From assembly GCA_023205875.1 (NCBI GenBank), contig CP060761.1, positions 434,001-498,000 of the forward strand: a stretch of DNA of 64,000 nucleotides. The letters are read 5' to 3'. The stretch comes from Chloropicon primus. Taxonomy: Eukaryota. Within the stretch, counting starts at the first letter, position 1. Each line of letters begins with the position of its first letter. Both the position numbers and the translations under genes were made by a program. This document shows positions 49,816 through 59,622 of this stretch, piece after piece. The notes under the pieces are model-generated. The model was not told the origin of the DNA, made no database searches, and saw nothing but the letters and a program-made list of their open reading frames with translations.

Positions 49816-51150
49816 GGGAAGGGGGAGGCCAAGCCCGAGGCAGCCAAGCCCGAGGCGGTCAGGGAGACTGGGGATTCGGGGACGGCGTGCTCCCAGGCGC
49901 GCGTCTGTCGCGGGAGCTCTGGGGCGTCCAGCAGCGTGGTGGTGGAGGCCCAGCAGCAGCAGTCCTCCTACGGGTACCCGACGACGAGGAAGCACGGCGG
50001 CGGCAGGGGGTACGGGCACCACCACCACAAGTCGTCGTCCTCGAGGAGCTCGAGCACGTCGAAGAAGAGGGACATGCCCAAGCACGGCGGGGGTGACCCT
50101 TCGGGGTTCCCATGGGACATGGAGAGCCTGAAGGAGGCGATCCTCGGCGCGGACGAGGGGGACGCGGGGAGGGTGAAGGAACTCATCAAGAAGTCCCGGT
50201 TCGTGCCGAGGGCCCCGGCTTTCACGGCCTTGATCAACATGTGCGGCAAGGAGAAGATGGCCGGCAAGGCCCTGGAGGTGTTCGAGACGTCCCAGGACCT
50301 GAACATCGAGAAGAACACGTACATGTACAGCGCCCTGATCAGCGCTTTGGGGAGCAGCGGCCTCTGGCGGGAAGCCTTCGAGCAGTTCGAGAACATGCTC
50401 GAGGAGGATTCCGAGGTCTGCAGGCCGAACACGATCACGTACTCTGCCCTGATCTCCGCGTGCGAGAGGGCAGGGCAGGTGGAGAAGGCCTGGGAGGTCT
50501 TCGAGAGGATGAAGGCGGCGAGCATTAGCCCGGATCTGATAACTTATTCCGTCCTGCTCTCCGCCTGCGAGAAGGACAACCTCTGGGAGAAGGCCGTCGA
50601 GGTGATCGACATGATGCACGGGAGCAACATGCACGCCAGCGCCCTGGACTACTCGAGGGTCATCAACGCCCTCGGGGAGAAGGGCGACGTGAACAAGGCC
50701 GTGGACATCTTCCAGAAGCTCCAGCTCACCGGCTGCCAGATCTCCCTTAACTTATGTAACATTATGCTCAACTGCCTGGAGAGGAACAGCCGGGGGGACC
50801 TCGCGTACCACCTGATGAGGTCGATGCACGACAACGGGATTCTTGGGGAGACGGTGACCTACAACATGATCTTGTGCGCGCTGAGCAAGTCGGTGGACCA
50901 AGGGGTCGTCCAAGTCATGATGGAGGTCTACAATACCATGAAGTACCTCGGGGTGAGGATCACGAGCCACACCTGCAGCATCCTCATCAAGGCGTGCGAC
51001 AAGTTCCAGGACCAGCGGACGGCGCTGCAGCTGACCCACGAGTTTCAGCAGTACCGCGCCCCGGTGGACCAAGCCACCTGGAACATCGTCAACAACCTGC
51101 TCCGGGGCCCAGGCGACAAGGGCGACGACGGGAGCGAATCAAGGCAATGA
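49741..51150 (+). CDS. Pentatricopeptide-repeat protein with N-terminal polyQ
   Basis: 35-aa repeats 'AFTALINMCGK', 'MYSALISALG', 'PNTITYSALISACERAG', 'PDLITYSVLLSAC', 'VTYNMILCALSK'. Confidence 0.9.
49771..49812 (+). repeat. (CAG)n polyglutamine tract
   Basis: 14 Gln codons in the PPR N-terminus. Confidence 0.95.
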
Positions 51151-51448
51151 GGAGTCATTCATTTCATTTCTTCTGAGCAGCGATTTCATTTACATCATTC
51201 TTCACATCCTTTATTTTTTTTTAATTTTTTTTTTGACCAGTGAAGGAAAGAAAAAAAAAACAATCCTCCATCGCTACAGCTCCAGCTTGGTCTGGTGACC
51301 TTGGGCCGTTTTCTTTTCTTTTCTTTTCTTTTCTTTTTTGTCCACCACCCCCATCCAACATCCAGAGGCATCCTTCCTCCATCACCTCCACCACCTCATG
51401 CTCATCGGCCTCTCAGCCCTGGGGCCTTTCTCTTTTCAGTCCAAGACG

Positions 51449-51520
51449 TTTCCCGCCAAAATGAAAAATTTGCGGAGGTCCCCAAGACCGGTTTTCTACA
51501 CGAGTCCTTTCCCGCCAAAA
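51449..51520 (+). promoter_or_regulatory. Two identical E2F-type sites (TTTCCCGCCAAAA) upstream of MCM2
   Basis: Exact 13-mer at 51449-51461 and 51508-51520; matches the E2F consensus TTTSSCGC. MCM genes are canonical E2F targets. Confidence 0.75.
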
Positions 51521-51661
51521 GGTCGACTTTTTTCAGGGGGAACAGCGAGACGGCAAGGCAAAGAGAGAGAGAGAGAGAGAGAGCTCCGTACGACGACGAC
51601 GAGCGAGCGGACGAGCGAGAGAGAGACGACGAGAGCCCATTAGTTTTTGTTGTTGTTCGCG

Positions 51662-54517
51662 ATGCCGGAGAGGAGAACGACTCGCCGCCGCGGCGCCGGT
51701 GGTGCGAGGGATGAGAACGAGGACGAGGTGTTGGAGCAGCAGCAGCAGCAGGAGCAGCAAGAACAAGTCGATCAAGAGTTGGTGACTGGGAATGACGACG
51801 ACAGTGAGACGTCCGCTCCTTCCCTTCCCTCGCTGGAGGGATCCCAGGACTCGCACGGGAACGAGGTGACGCCGACGCCGACGCAGTTCACCGCGGACGA
51901 GTCCATGGCGAACCGGTTGATGGGCGAGGACAGCGGCGAGGACCTCCTCGACGAGGAGGTCGGTCACCCCGTCGGAGGTTTCCGCGACTACCGAAGGATC
52001 GAGCAGCTCGACAGGTACGACAGCGAAGGGATCGACTCCCAGTTCGAGGAGAGCGCTTTGCCTGAGGACCAGATGCGCGCGAGGCTTGCTGCGGAGGAGG
52101 CCCTCCAGAGGAGGGACCAGCGCAGGAGGAGAGGGAGACGCCTTCCTGGCGCGTTGGATGAGGATGAGGACGACGACCTGAGGCCCAGGAGGAGGGCCAG
52201 GAGGGAGGCGTTCGGCCTCAGGGCGGACGGAGAGATGAGCGAGGACTACGAGGAGGAGATACCCGTGAGGTTGGAGGACGTGAGGGGGCCGCTCGCGGAC
52301 GCCATCGCGCAGGAGCCCGTGCACAGGGAGCTCAAGAGGAGGTTCACGGCATTCCTCAGGCACTTCAAGGCCAGGGGTGCGGACGGCGAGAACGCCGCGG
52401 GCGCTGCGGCGGACGACAGCTCCCTCCCCGTGTACGTGTCCAAGATCGCGGACATGTGCAAGGCCAACCGCCAGAGCCTGGAGGTCAGCTACACGGACCT
52501 GAGCACGGCCGCCCCGGCGATCGCGATCTGGCTGTCGGACTGCCCGGTGGCGATGCTCAACCTCATGCACCAGGTGGCCAAGGAGGTCACCTTGCAGCTC
52601 TTCCCCGAGTACTCGGAGGTCAGGGAGGAAGTCTTCGTGAGGATCGTGGACTTCCCGCTGGTCGACGCCATCAGGGACATCCGCCAGAGCCACTTGCACC
52701 AGCTGGTCCGCACGACCGGCGTGGTCACCAGGAGGACGGGCGTCTTCCCCCAGCTCCAGGAGGTCTGCTTCACTTGCGAGAAGTGCGGCTTCGTCATGGG
52801 GCCCTTCCACCAGTCCACCAACGAGGAGGTCAAGCCCGGATCCTGCCCCAACTGCCAGTCCAAGGGGCCCTTCTCCCTCAACGTCGAGGGCACGGTGTAC
52901 AGGAACTACCAGAAGATCACCCTCCAGGAGTCTCCCGGCAAGGTCCCGGCCGGAAGGCTGCCAAGGACCAAGGAGATCATCCTCCTGCACGACTTGATCG
53001 ATTGCGCGAGGCCGGGAGAGGAGATCGACGTCACCGGCGTCTACGAGTACAGCTTCGACGCGGGCTTGCACGCCAAGCAGGGCTTCCCCGTGTTTGCTAC
53101 CCTGCTCGAGGCCAACTCTGTCACCAAGAAGGGCGACGCCTTCGCGGCCTTTGCCCTCTCCGACGAGGACAGAACCCAGATCAACACTTTGTCAAGAGAC
53201 CCAAGAATCGGCAAGAGGATCATCAAGTCCATTGCCCCTTCCATTTACGGCCACACCAACATCAAGACGGGCATCGCTCTTGCTCTCTTCGGCGGCCAGG
53301 AGAAGCACGTTAAGGGCGGAGGGAAGCACAGAGTGAGGGGCGACATCAACATGCTTTTGCTAGGTGACCCTGGTATGGCCAAGTCCCAGTTCCTCAAGTA
53401 CATCGAGCAGACCTCCGAGAGGAGTGTGTACACGACGGGCAAGGGAGCTTCCGCTGTTGGTTTGACGGCGGCCGTCCACAGGGACCCGGTGACGAGGGAG
53501 TGGACTCTGGAGGGAGGAGCTCTGGTTCTGGCTGACAGGGGCACCTGCTTGATCGATGAGTTCGACAAGATGAACGATCAGGACAGGGTCAGTATCCACG
53601 AGGCCATGGAGCAGCAGAGCATTTCCATCAGTAAGGCCGGCATCGTCACCTCCCTGCAGGCGAGGTGCTCGGTCATCGCCGCGGCAAACCCCGTCGGCGG
53701 CAGATACGATGCGGGCAAGAGCTTCAGCGAGAACGTAGAGCTCTCGGACCCCATTCTGTCCCGTTTCGACATTCTCTGCGTCGTGAGAGATATCGTGGAC
53801 CCGGAGAGCGACTCGAGGCTCGCGAGCTTTGTTGTGGACTCCCACGACAAGAACCACCCAGACAACGTGCACGACGCCGAGGAGGAGGCCGAGGAGAAAG
53901 TCGTGGACGAGGACCTCATCGATCAGAGCCTTTTGTGCAAGTACATCTCGTACGCAAAGCAGCACTGCAAGCCAAGGCTGCAGTCGGGAGATTTGGACAA
54001 GCTCGCCAGAGTCTACGCCGAGTTGAGGAGGGAGTCTCTTGCCACTCCCGGTGGAATTCCAATTGCTGTCAGGCACTTGGAGAGTCTGATCAGAATGTCC
54101 GAAGCCCATGCGAGGATGCACTTGAGGACCACCGTGATCGACGAGGATATCGACGTCGCGATCAAGGTCTTGTTGGAGGGATTCATCACCAGTCAGAGAC
54201 TCTCCGCACAGAAGCAGCTGCGCAGGCGACTGAGAAGGTTCATTGCCAGGGGTACGGAGGACTACAAGGACCTCCTCATGCACGTCCTCAAGTCCTTGAT
54301 GAGGGACCAGGTCAGGCTCGAGGCGGCCAGGGCGGTCTCAAGGCAGGGGGTCACTGAGGGCGAAATGCCAAGCATTCAGGTGGACCTCAGGTACTTTGAG
54401 GACAAGGCCAAGGAGTACGGCATCACTGACTTGAAGCCTTTCTATGAGAGCGAATCGTTCAGGAGGGGTTACGGATTGGACGAGGCTTCCGGCACGATCA
54501 CGAACATAGGAGAATAA
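51662..54517 (+). CDS. MCM2: DNA replication licensing factor MCM2
   Basis: Acidic N-terminus with 'DYRRIEQLDRYD.EGID', Zn finger, 'YQKITLQESPGKVPAGRLPR', Walker A 'GDPGMAKSQ', 'IDEFDKM', 'SRFD'. Confidence 0.97.
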   Translation: MPERRTTRRRGAGGARDENEDEVLEQQQQQEQQEQVDQELVTGNDDDSETSAPSLPSLEGSQDSHGNEVTPTPTQFTADESMANRLMGEDSGEDLLDEEVGHPVGGFRDYRRIEQLDRYDSEGIDSQFEESALPEDQMRARLAAEEALQRRDQRRRRGRRLPGALDEDEDDDLRPRRRARREAFGLRADGEMSEDYEEEIPVRLEDVRGPLADAIAQEPVHRELKRRFTAFLRHFKARGADGENAAGAAADDSSLPVYVSKIADMCKANRQSLEVSYTDLSTAAPAIAIWLSDCPVAMLNLMHQVAKEVTLQLFPEYSEVREEVFVRIVDFPLVDAIRDIRQSHLHQLVRTTGVVTRRTGVFPQLQEVCFTCEKCGFVMGPFHQSTNEEVKPGSCPNCQSKGPFSLNVEGTVYRNYQKITLQESPGKVPAGRLPRTKEIILLHDLIDCARPGEEIDVTGVYEYSFDAGLHAKQGFPVFATLLEANSVTKKGDAFAAFALSDEDRTQINTLSRDPRIGKRIIKSIAPSIYGHTNIKTGIALALFGGQEKHVKGGGKHRVRGDINMLLLGDPGMAKSQFLKYIEQTSERSVYTTGKGASAVGLTAAVHRDPVTREWTLEGGALVLADRGTCLIDEFDKMNDQDRVSIHEAMEQQSISISKAGIVTSLQARCSVIAAANPVGGRYDAGKSFSENVELSDPILSRFDILCVVRDIVDPESDSRLASFVVDSHDKNHPDNVHDAEEEAEEKVVDEDLIDQSLLCKYISYAKQHCKPRLQSGDLDKLARVYAELRRESLATPGGIPIAVRHLESLIRMSEAHARMHLRTTVIDEDIDVAIKVLLEGFITSQRLSAQKQLRRRLRRFIARGTEDYKDLLMHVLKSLMRDQVRLEAARAVSRQGVTEGEMPSIQVDLRYFEDKAKEYGITDLKPFYESESFRRGYGLDEASGTITNIGE

Positions 54518-54624
54518 GCGTAAACGTGCCCGCCTCGACCCGGGGTTTATCATCTCGTTCACACTTGACTTGTAGTATATCAATTTCAGATCTTCGTTTT
54601 TTTATCTGCAGTCTGCAGTCCCCT

Positions 54625-55626
54625 TCAACTGTACCAAAAGTAGCGCCCGAGGAGAAGAGCGACGCCTCCGAAAGCAGAGAGCACCCCGACCAGCACCAGC
54701 ACCCTCTTCACTATTGCGATCACAGAAGCGTCCATCTCCTCCTTCACTTCGAGGTCCTTGAGGTAAGGCTGCTCGGGGTTGACGTAATCCAACTCCTTCT
54801 CCTCGTAAGTCATCGTGCTCACCCTGCTGATGAACCTCTTCAGTTGGGAGACCACCTGCACCGCACCGATCACAGGCAAGTACGGGTTCTCAAGAGAGGT
54901 CAAGGTCGGATCTTTCGCCCTGGAGAGAAAGTAGTTCACGTTCAGCCCGAGGCCTTGGGCCTCCCGGAGGAACTGCTGCGCGGTCTCGAGCTCCCCAAAC
55001 GTGGTGTAGATGCATCCCACGTTAAACAAGCACACCGCGCGAGCTGTGATGAGATCCTTCCTCATGACGTCTGGCTCTTCCTCGCTCAGTGGAGACACCT
55101 GAGTGACAGTGAACCCATTCAAACCGTACTGCCCTGGAGCTCCGAGAACCTCCTCGTACATCTCCAGCGCCTGGCCGAACTCCTGCCCCAAGTAAAGCTC
55201 CTTGGCTGAAGTGAAGAAAGCATTGATGTCGAATGAGTTATCCATGGGATTCAGGAAAGCCGTGGCAGAGACTGAAAGAGGCGCTTGCTTCTCATCGACG
55301 CCCTTCTGCGCGGCGCTCCAAAGCTGCTCGGAGAAGGAGGAAGACGCCGCACTGGACGATCCTTCAAACGGAGAAGGCGGCGGAACCTCCTGAGCAACAT
55401 CATCATCATCCTGCTGAGCACGGCATCTGCATCCCTTCGCCTCTCGTCTCCTCTCCGCCTGGTCCGAGTGAGAGTGAAGACGAAGCAGGACGCTTTCCCT
55501 CCTTTGAGGCAGCCGCCGTCGACGGTGGCGAGTCGATGACAAAGCAGGGCGGCCACTGCGCGACCCATTCCCTTGCAGCGGAACGCTCGACTCCAGCGAC
55601 GACGCCATCGCCATCGCCATCGCCAT
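54625..55626 (-). CDS. Probable plastid protein with TPR-like helices and C-terminal TM
   Basis: Ser/Arg-rich transit peptide, 'AKELYLGQEFGQALEMYEEVL', 'CLFNVGCIYTTFGELETAQQFLREA', hydrophobic C-terminus. Confidence 0.62.
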   Translation of the reverse strand: MAMAMAMASSLESSVPLQGNGSRSGRPALSSTRHRRRRLPQRRESVLLRLHSHSDQAERRREAKGCRCRAQQDDDDVAQEVPPPSPFEGSSSAASSSFSEQLWSAAQKGVDEKQAPLSVSATAFLNPMDNSFDINAFFTSAKELYLGQEFGQALEMYEEVLGAPGQYGLNGFTVTQVSPLSEEEPDVMRKDLITARAVCLFNVGCIYTTFGELETAQQFLREAQGLGLNVNYFLSRAKDPTLTSLENPYLPVIGAVQVVSQLKRFISRVSTMTYEEKELDYVNPEQPYLKDLEVKEEMDASVIAIVKRVLVLVGVLSAFGGVALLLGRYFWYS

Positions 55627-55800
55627 CGTCACTGAATGAAGAGCACTCACTGGATGAGATGGAGGAGGAGGAATGCTTGCTGGGTTTGTTGGCATCCGGA
55701 CAATGGTGAAGGGCTAGCCTTGTTGAAAACCGAGTGGATCAATAATCGTTGCGTGTGTGTTTATGAATATACTATATATATATTATTTCTAAGTTCTTCT

Positions 55801-57283
55801 TCATCCGAGCTGGTGGTTCAGCTTGCAGATGCTTCGAGGGTTGGTGCTCTTCCTGTACTGAATGAAGATCAGCAAGGCAGAGCCCACGATGATAAATATG
55901 GAGCACATTGCGATGGCAACAATAGCAAAAGTGTCCAGGGTCTCCCTCGAGATGAATCCAGGGCTTTGCTCGGGCGTCGTTTCCCCAGGCTCGGAGGGGG
56001 ATCTCGATTCTGCTTGATCGCCGATGGCGCCGCTTGGGGCATCGTCCGGGAGAACCTTCTGGGCGGCCTCGTTCCAGTCCAGCGTGTCGATCGTTAACAC
56101 GTTTTCCATGAGAACGCCATACTCGTCGCTGCTGAGCTGCCCAACCATGGAGACTTTGCTCCCCACCCTCATCCCGTTCACCCACGACGCTTTCATCCTG
56201 TTGGCCTCATCCGCGGGCACCTTGATGGCGACCCGCAGCGATTCGCCCTTTCCCCCGTGTGCTTCGTGACTCTGCGCCAACGTGAGGAGCCAGTGATAGT
56301 GGTCCTCGGCAAACCAATCCATTTTGGATCCCACGAATCCAATGGTGGACACCGTCTCCCCGTGGAGCGAGCTCACGCAGGTGGCGTTGTTGCCCCCCGC
56401 GCACCGCAACCGGTCCGCAAGGTCACCCACCGTGAACGTTCGGAAGGAATCGATGTCCGCCGGAGGGCAGGTCTCCGGCAGCGCGTCTTTGCACTCCATC
56501 TCGTGCCTCGTGGAGTGGCACCCAAGCAAGGAGAAGGTCGAGTAAGGCTTGTAGAGCCAGATCGAGCTCATCTCCCTCACGTCGTCGATCCTCTTCTCTT
56601 TGGGTTGCACCGATTCGGAGAACTTCTTCATCGTGAACGCCTCGGAGGAGAAGGCTTCCTCGTCCCGCAGGCTGTCCACAACTTGCGTTCCGTTCGACGC
56701 AAGGAGCTTCACTTCGATGAGTCTTTTGCCATCCTCCGCCAGGGAGTCCCCGAGCGACAGGTCGCACCGGTCACTCTCCAGGAGGGACGGCGAGGTGCTC
56801 GAGCAGACCACGAAGGTGCGCAGCTTGCGGACGTGTCCATGCAACCGTGCCTGCTTCGTGATGCAGCTCGACCCTCGACCCCCGCAGTAAAGTAGCGCCA
56901 GCTCCATGCCCTGCATCCGAGTCTGCACGTCAGAGCAGCTCGGGTTGTACAACTCTGTAACCGACACAGCAACAGCAGCAAAAGGAGGAAGGAAGAGGAG
57001 GAGGAGGAGGTCAATCACCATCCGTCGAGCGTGGCCACACACACACACACACACACAGAGAGAGAGAGGTTGCGGAGGGGGATAACTCACCCACTGCGAT
57101 GCTTGCTACCGACTTGACGTTGGACTTGACCACAGAAGAGATGAGAACCTTGAGGGGCACATCATCACCACCATGACCTTGTCCGCTTGCGAGACAGACC
57201 CAACACCCAAGCGTCGCGAGGAGGAGTAGGATGGCAAGCGTGCCCATCGACCGCGGCGCCATACTGGCGATTGACATTGCCAT
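55801..57283 (-). CDS. Type I membrane protein of unknown function; exons 57283-57091 and 56954-55801
   Basis: Exon 1 encodes a signal peptide. Phase-1 GTGAGT..CAG intron joins in frame. Cys-containing ectodomain and TM 'FAIVAIAMCSIFIIVGSALLIFI'. Confidence 0.68.
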
Positions 57284-57423
57284 TCAGTCGTCGCCGTCGT
57301 CGTCGTCATGTGCGGCATTCCCCATGGACGAAGGAGAGCCGATTCTCGTGAGAACGAACTCGTGAGATGAGATTTTAATTTATTTCAGAGAGGAAGGCGG
57401 AAGGGTTTGGCAGAGAGGGAGAA

Positions 57424-57545
57424 CGACGAAGAGGACGCGCGTTCGAAGAAGAGAGGGAGGGAGACGGGGGACCGGACAGACGGAAGCGTCTTCTCTCGCT
57501 CTTTCGAAAGAGCCGTCGATCGAAAGAAATGACGTTCTGGTGAGG
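57424..57545 (-). repeat. Dispersed intergenic element, copy C
   Basis: Shares 'tcgatcgacggctctttcgaaagag' exactly with copy B and aligns over ~100 bp with copy D. Confidence 0.7.
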
Positions 57546-57758
57546 ATCTGAGGGGCACGAAACACGAAAAAGAGAGGCAGAAAGAGATCGAGGAGTAGAT
57601 CACCGAGGAGGGGAGGCGACGACGAGGGCGGGATTTTGTGCCGGAGGGTTTTCGAGTGATAGAGGGGCGGAAGAAGTGTCTCTTGCTCTTTCGAGCGAGC
57701 CCTCGCGCGACAAGAACGACCCATTGGTGAGGATCATCTGAGGTGCACGGACGTGAAG

Positions 57759-59003
57759 ATGGAGGAGACGATGGAGGGCAAGAGGCAGAGGAGGGAGGGC
57801 AGGGATGCACTGGACGTGCTGCCGGCGTGGGCGTGGTTTTTGGTCTTGAAGCAGCTGGACGACTACGACCGGATCGCCTTTGGGTTGACCTGCAGGGCGT
57901 TCCTCGAGGCGGTGACGACGACGACGACGGCAACGGCGAACCCTGAGCTGAAGAAGAAGGTTGCTCTGAAGACGGATCTGACGGACGACAAGTTTTTCCA
58001 GCAGATGCCTTGCTTCAGCATGGGCTGGTTCCAGTGGGTGCTTCGGTCGTTCAAAAGGAGGAAGGGAGGACCGAAAACGTGGAGACATGAAGAGGAAGAG
58101 TCCTATGGTCACTTGTACGACTCTCACCTGATGTACCTCGCCGCTTTCCAGGGCAGCAAGAAGGCGATGGAGTGGTTGGTGAGCCAAGGGATACCTTTGA
58201 AGATCAAGGGCAAGTATTCTGGAAGCGATAATCTTGGAGTGGTAGCAGCTGCAGGTGCTGCATGCGGCGGTCATATTGAGATATTGGAATGGCTGAAGAG
58301 CGAGGGGTGCAAGTTTAATGTGTGGACCTGTTCTTATGCAGCTCGGGGAGGTCACCTTGATGTTCTGCAGTGGCTTCGAAGCCAGGATCCGCCTTGTGAT
58401 TGGAACGAGGAGACTTGTTCTAAGGCAGCTTATGAAGGTCACCTCCACGTTCTGCAGTGGGCTCGAAGTGAGGACCCGCCTTGCCCTTGGGACTGGGCGA
58501 CTTGTAAAGCAGCAGCTGGAGGAGGTCACCTTGACATTCTGCAGTGGGCTCGAAGCCAGGACCCACCTTGTGATTGGGACAAGTTGACTTGTTGGAGGGC
58601 AGCTCAAGGAGGTCACCTTGATGTCCTGCAGTGGGCTCGAAGCCAGGATCCGCCTTGTGATTGGAACGCGAAGACTTGTTCTTCTGGAGCTTGGGGAGGT
58701 CACCTTGATGTCCTGCAGTGGGCTCGAAGCCAGAACCCGCCTTGTGATTGGGACAAGGAGACTTGTTCTAATGCAGCTCGGGGAGGTCACCTTGATGTTC
58801 TGCAGTGGGCTCGAAGCCAGGACCCGCCTTGTCCCTGGGGCGCGAGTACTTGTGCTTTTGCAGCTTTTAGAGGTCACCTTGAGGTTCTGAAGTGGGCTCG
58901 AAGCCAGGACCCGCCTTGTGATTGGATCCCAGAGAATTGCGGAACACTGGCGACGGGCTCTTACCACCAGCACGTCGTCGATTGGATGAAGGCTAATTCT
59001 TAA
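57759..59003 (+). CDS. F-box-like plus ankyrin-like repeat protein
   Basis: N-terminal 'LDVLPAWAWFLVLKQLDDYDRIAFGLTCRAF' (F-box pattern), followed by repeats 'TCxxAAxGGHLDVLQWARSQDPPCDW'. Confidence 0.85.
   Translation: MEETMEGKRQRREGRDALDVLPAWAWFLVLKQLDDYDRIAFGLTCRAFLEAVTTTTTATANPELKKKVALKTDLTDDKFFQQMPCFSMGWFQWVLRSFKRRKGGPKTWRHEEEESYGHLYDSHLMYLAAFQGSKKAMEWLVSQGIPLKIKGKYSGSDNLGVVAAAGAACGGHIEILEWLKSEGCKFNVWTCSYAARGGHLDVLQWLRSQDPPCDWNEETCSKAAYEGHLHVLQWARSEDPPCPWDWATCKAAAGGGHLDILQWARSQDPPCDWDKLTCWRAAQGGHLDVLQWARSQDPPCDWNAKTCSSGAWGGHLDVLQWARSQNPPCDWDKETCSNAARGGHLDVLQWARSQDPPCPWGASTCAFAAFRGHLEVLKWARSQDPPCDWIPENCGTLATGSYHQHVVDWMKANS
58325..58926 (+). repeat. Coding tandem repeat, ~7 x 87 bp (29 aa)
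   Basis: 'ggtcacct...tctgcagtgggctcgaagccaggacccgccttgtgattgg' recurs every 87 bp with few substitutions. Confidence 0.95.
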
Positions 59004-59184
59004 CCAAGACAATGTCTCACGACGAACCTGTCATCGACCTTCGCTTTCCTTCCTGGTTCCTCCTCTTCTCTTCTCTCTTTGTTTCTTTCTCTTCCGGTGG
59101 ATTTCTCCCTTCCGCTGAACCATCATAACGGGCGAGCACGAGGGCGAACGAGGAGGACGAGCACGAGACGGAGAGAGAGAAAGA

Positions 59185-59212
59185 AAACGAAAAGGACGCG
59201 AGGACGTGGGCG

Positions 59213-59243
<31 letters not shown>

Positions 59244-59324
59244 GAAGGATCGGACAGGCGGAAGCCTCTTCTCTTGCCCTTTCGGTGGACTCAATTATCG
59301 AAAGAAACGACGCTTTGGTGAGGA
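59185..59324 (-). repeat. Dispersed intergenic element, copy D
   Basis: + strand 'cggacaggcggaagcctcttctct...atcgaaagaaacgacgctttggtgagga' versus copy C 'cggacagacggaagcgtcttctct...atcgaaagaaatgacgttctggtgagga'. Confidence 0.7.
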
Positions 59325-59622
59325 AGACACCTTAGAGAGAGAGGGGGAGGGAGAACTAGCTCATGCCAACCGTGACCTGACCTCGCCTTCACCTTTATCG
59401 CTTTCATCGCCGTTGTCGGCTGCGCTTCATCTCCAACACCACCACTCACTGCCGCTGCTGCGTCTCTACTCACCTCTGCGTTTGCCTTGATTGCCTTGGC
59501 CTCGTGAAGAAGCCGGAGAGTCCGAAAGTAACGGCTGAGGGTTCGCTATTCCTTGCGCTTTTGCTTGGGCCGGAAAGAGGGAGATGGGGCGCTGCAGGCG
59601 GGAGGCGGTGCCGCCGACGACG

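Noticed and set aside
58325..58926. Repeat with constant and variable parts resembling a CRISPR array or DGR
   Set aside because: The units are in-frame 29-aa coding repeats in a eukaryotic gene; there are no cas genes, reverse transcriptase or separate template repeat, and the variation is not obviously adenine-specific.
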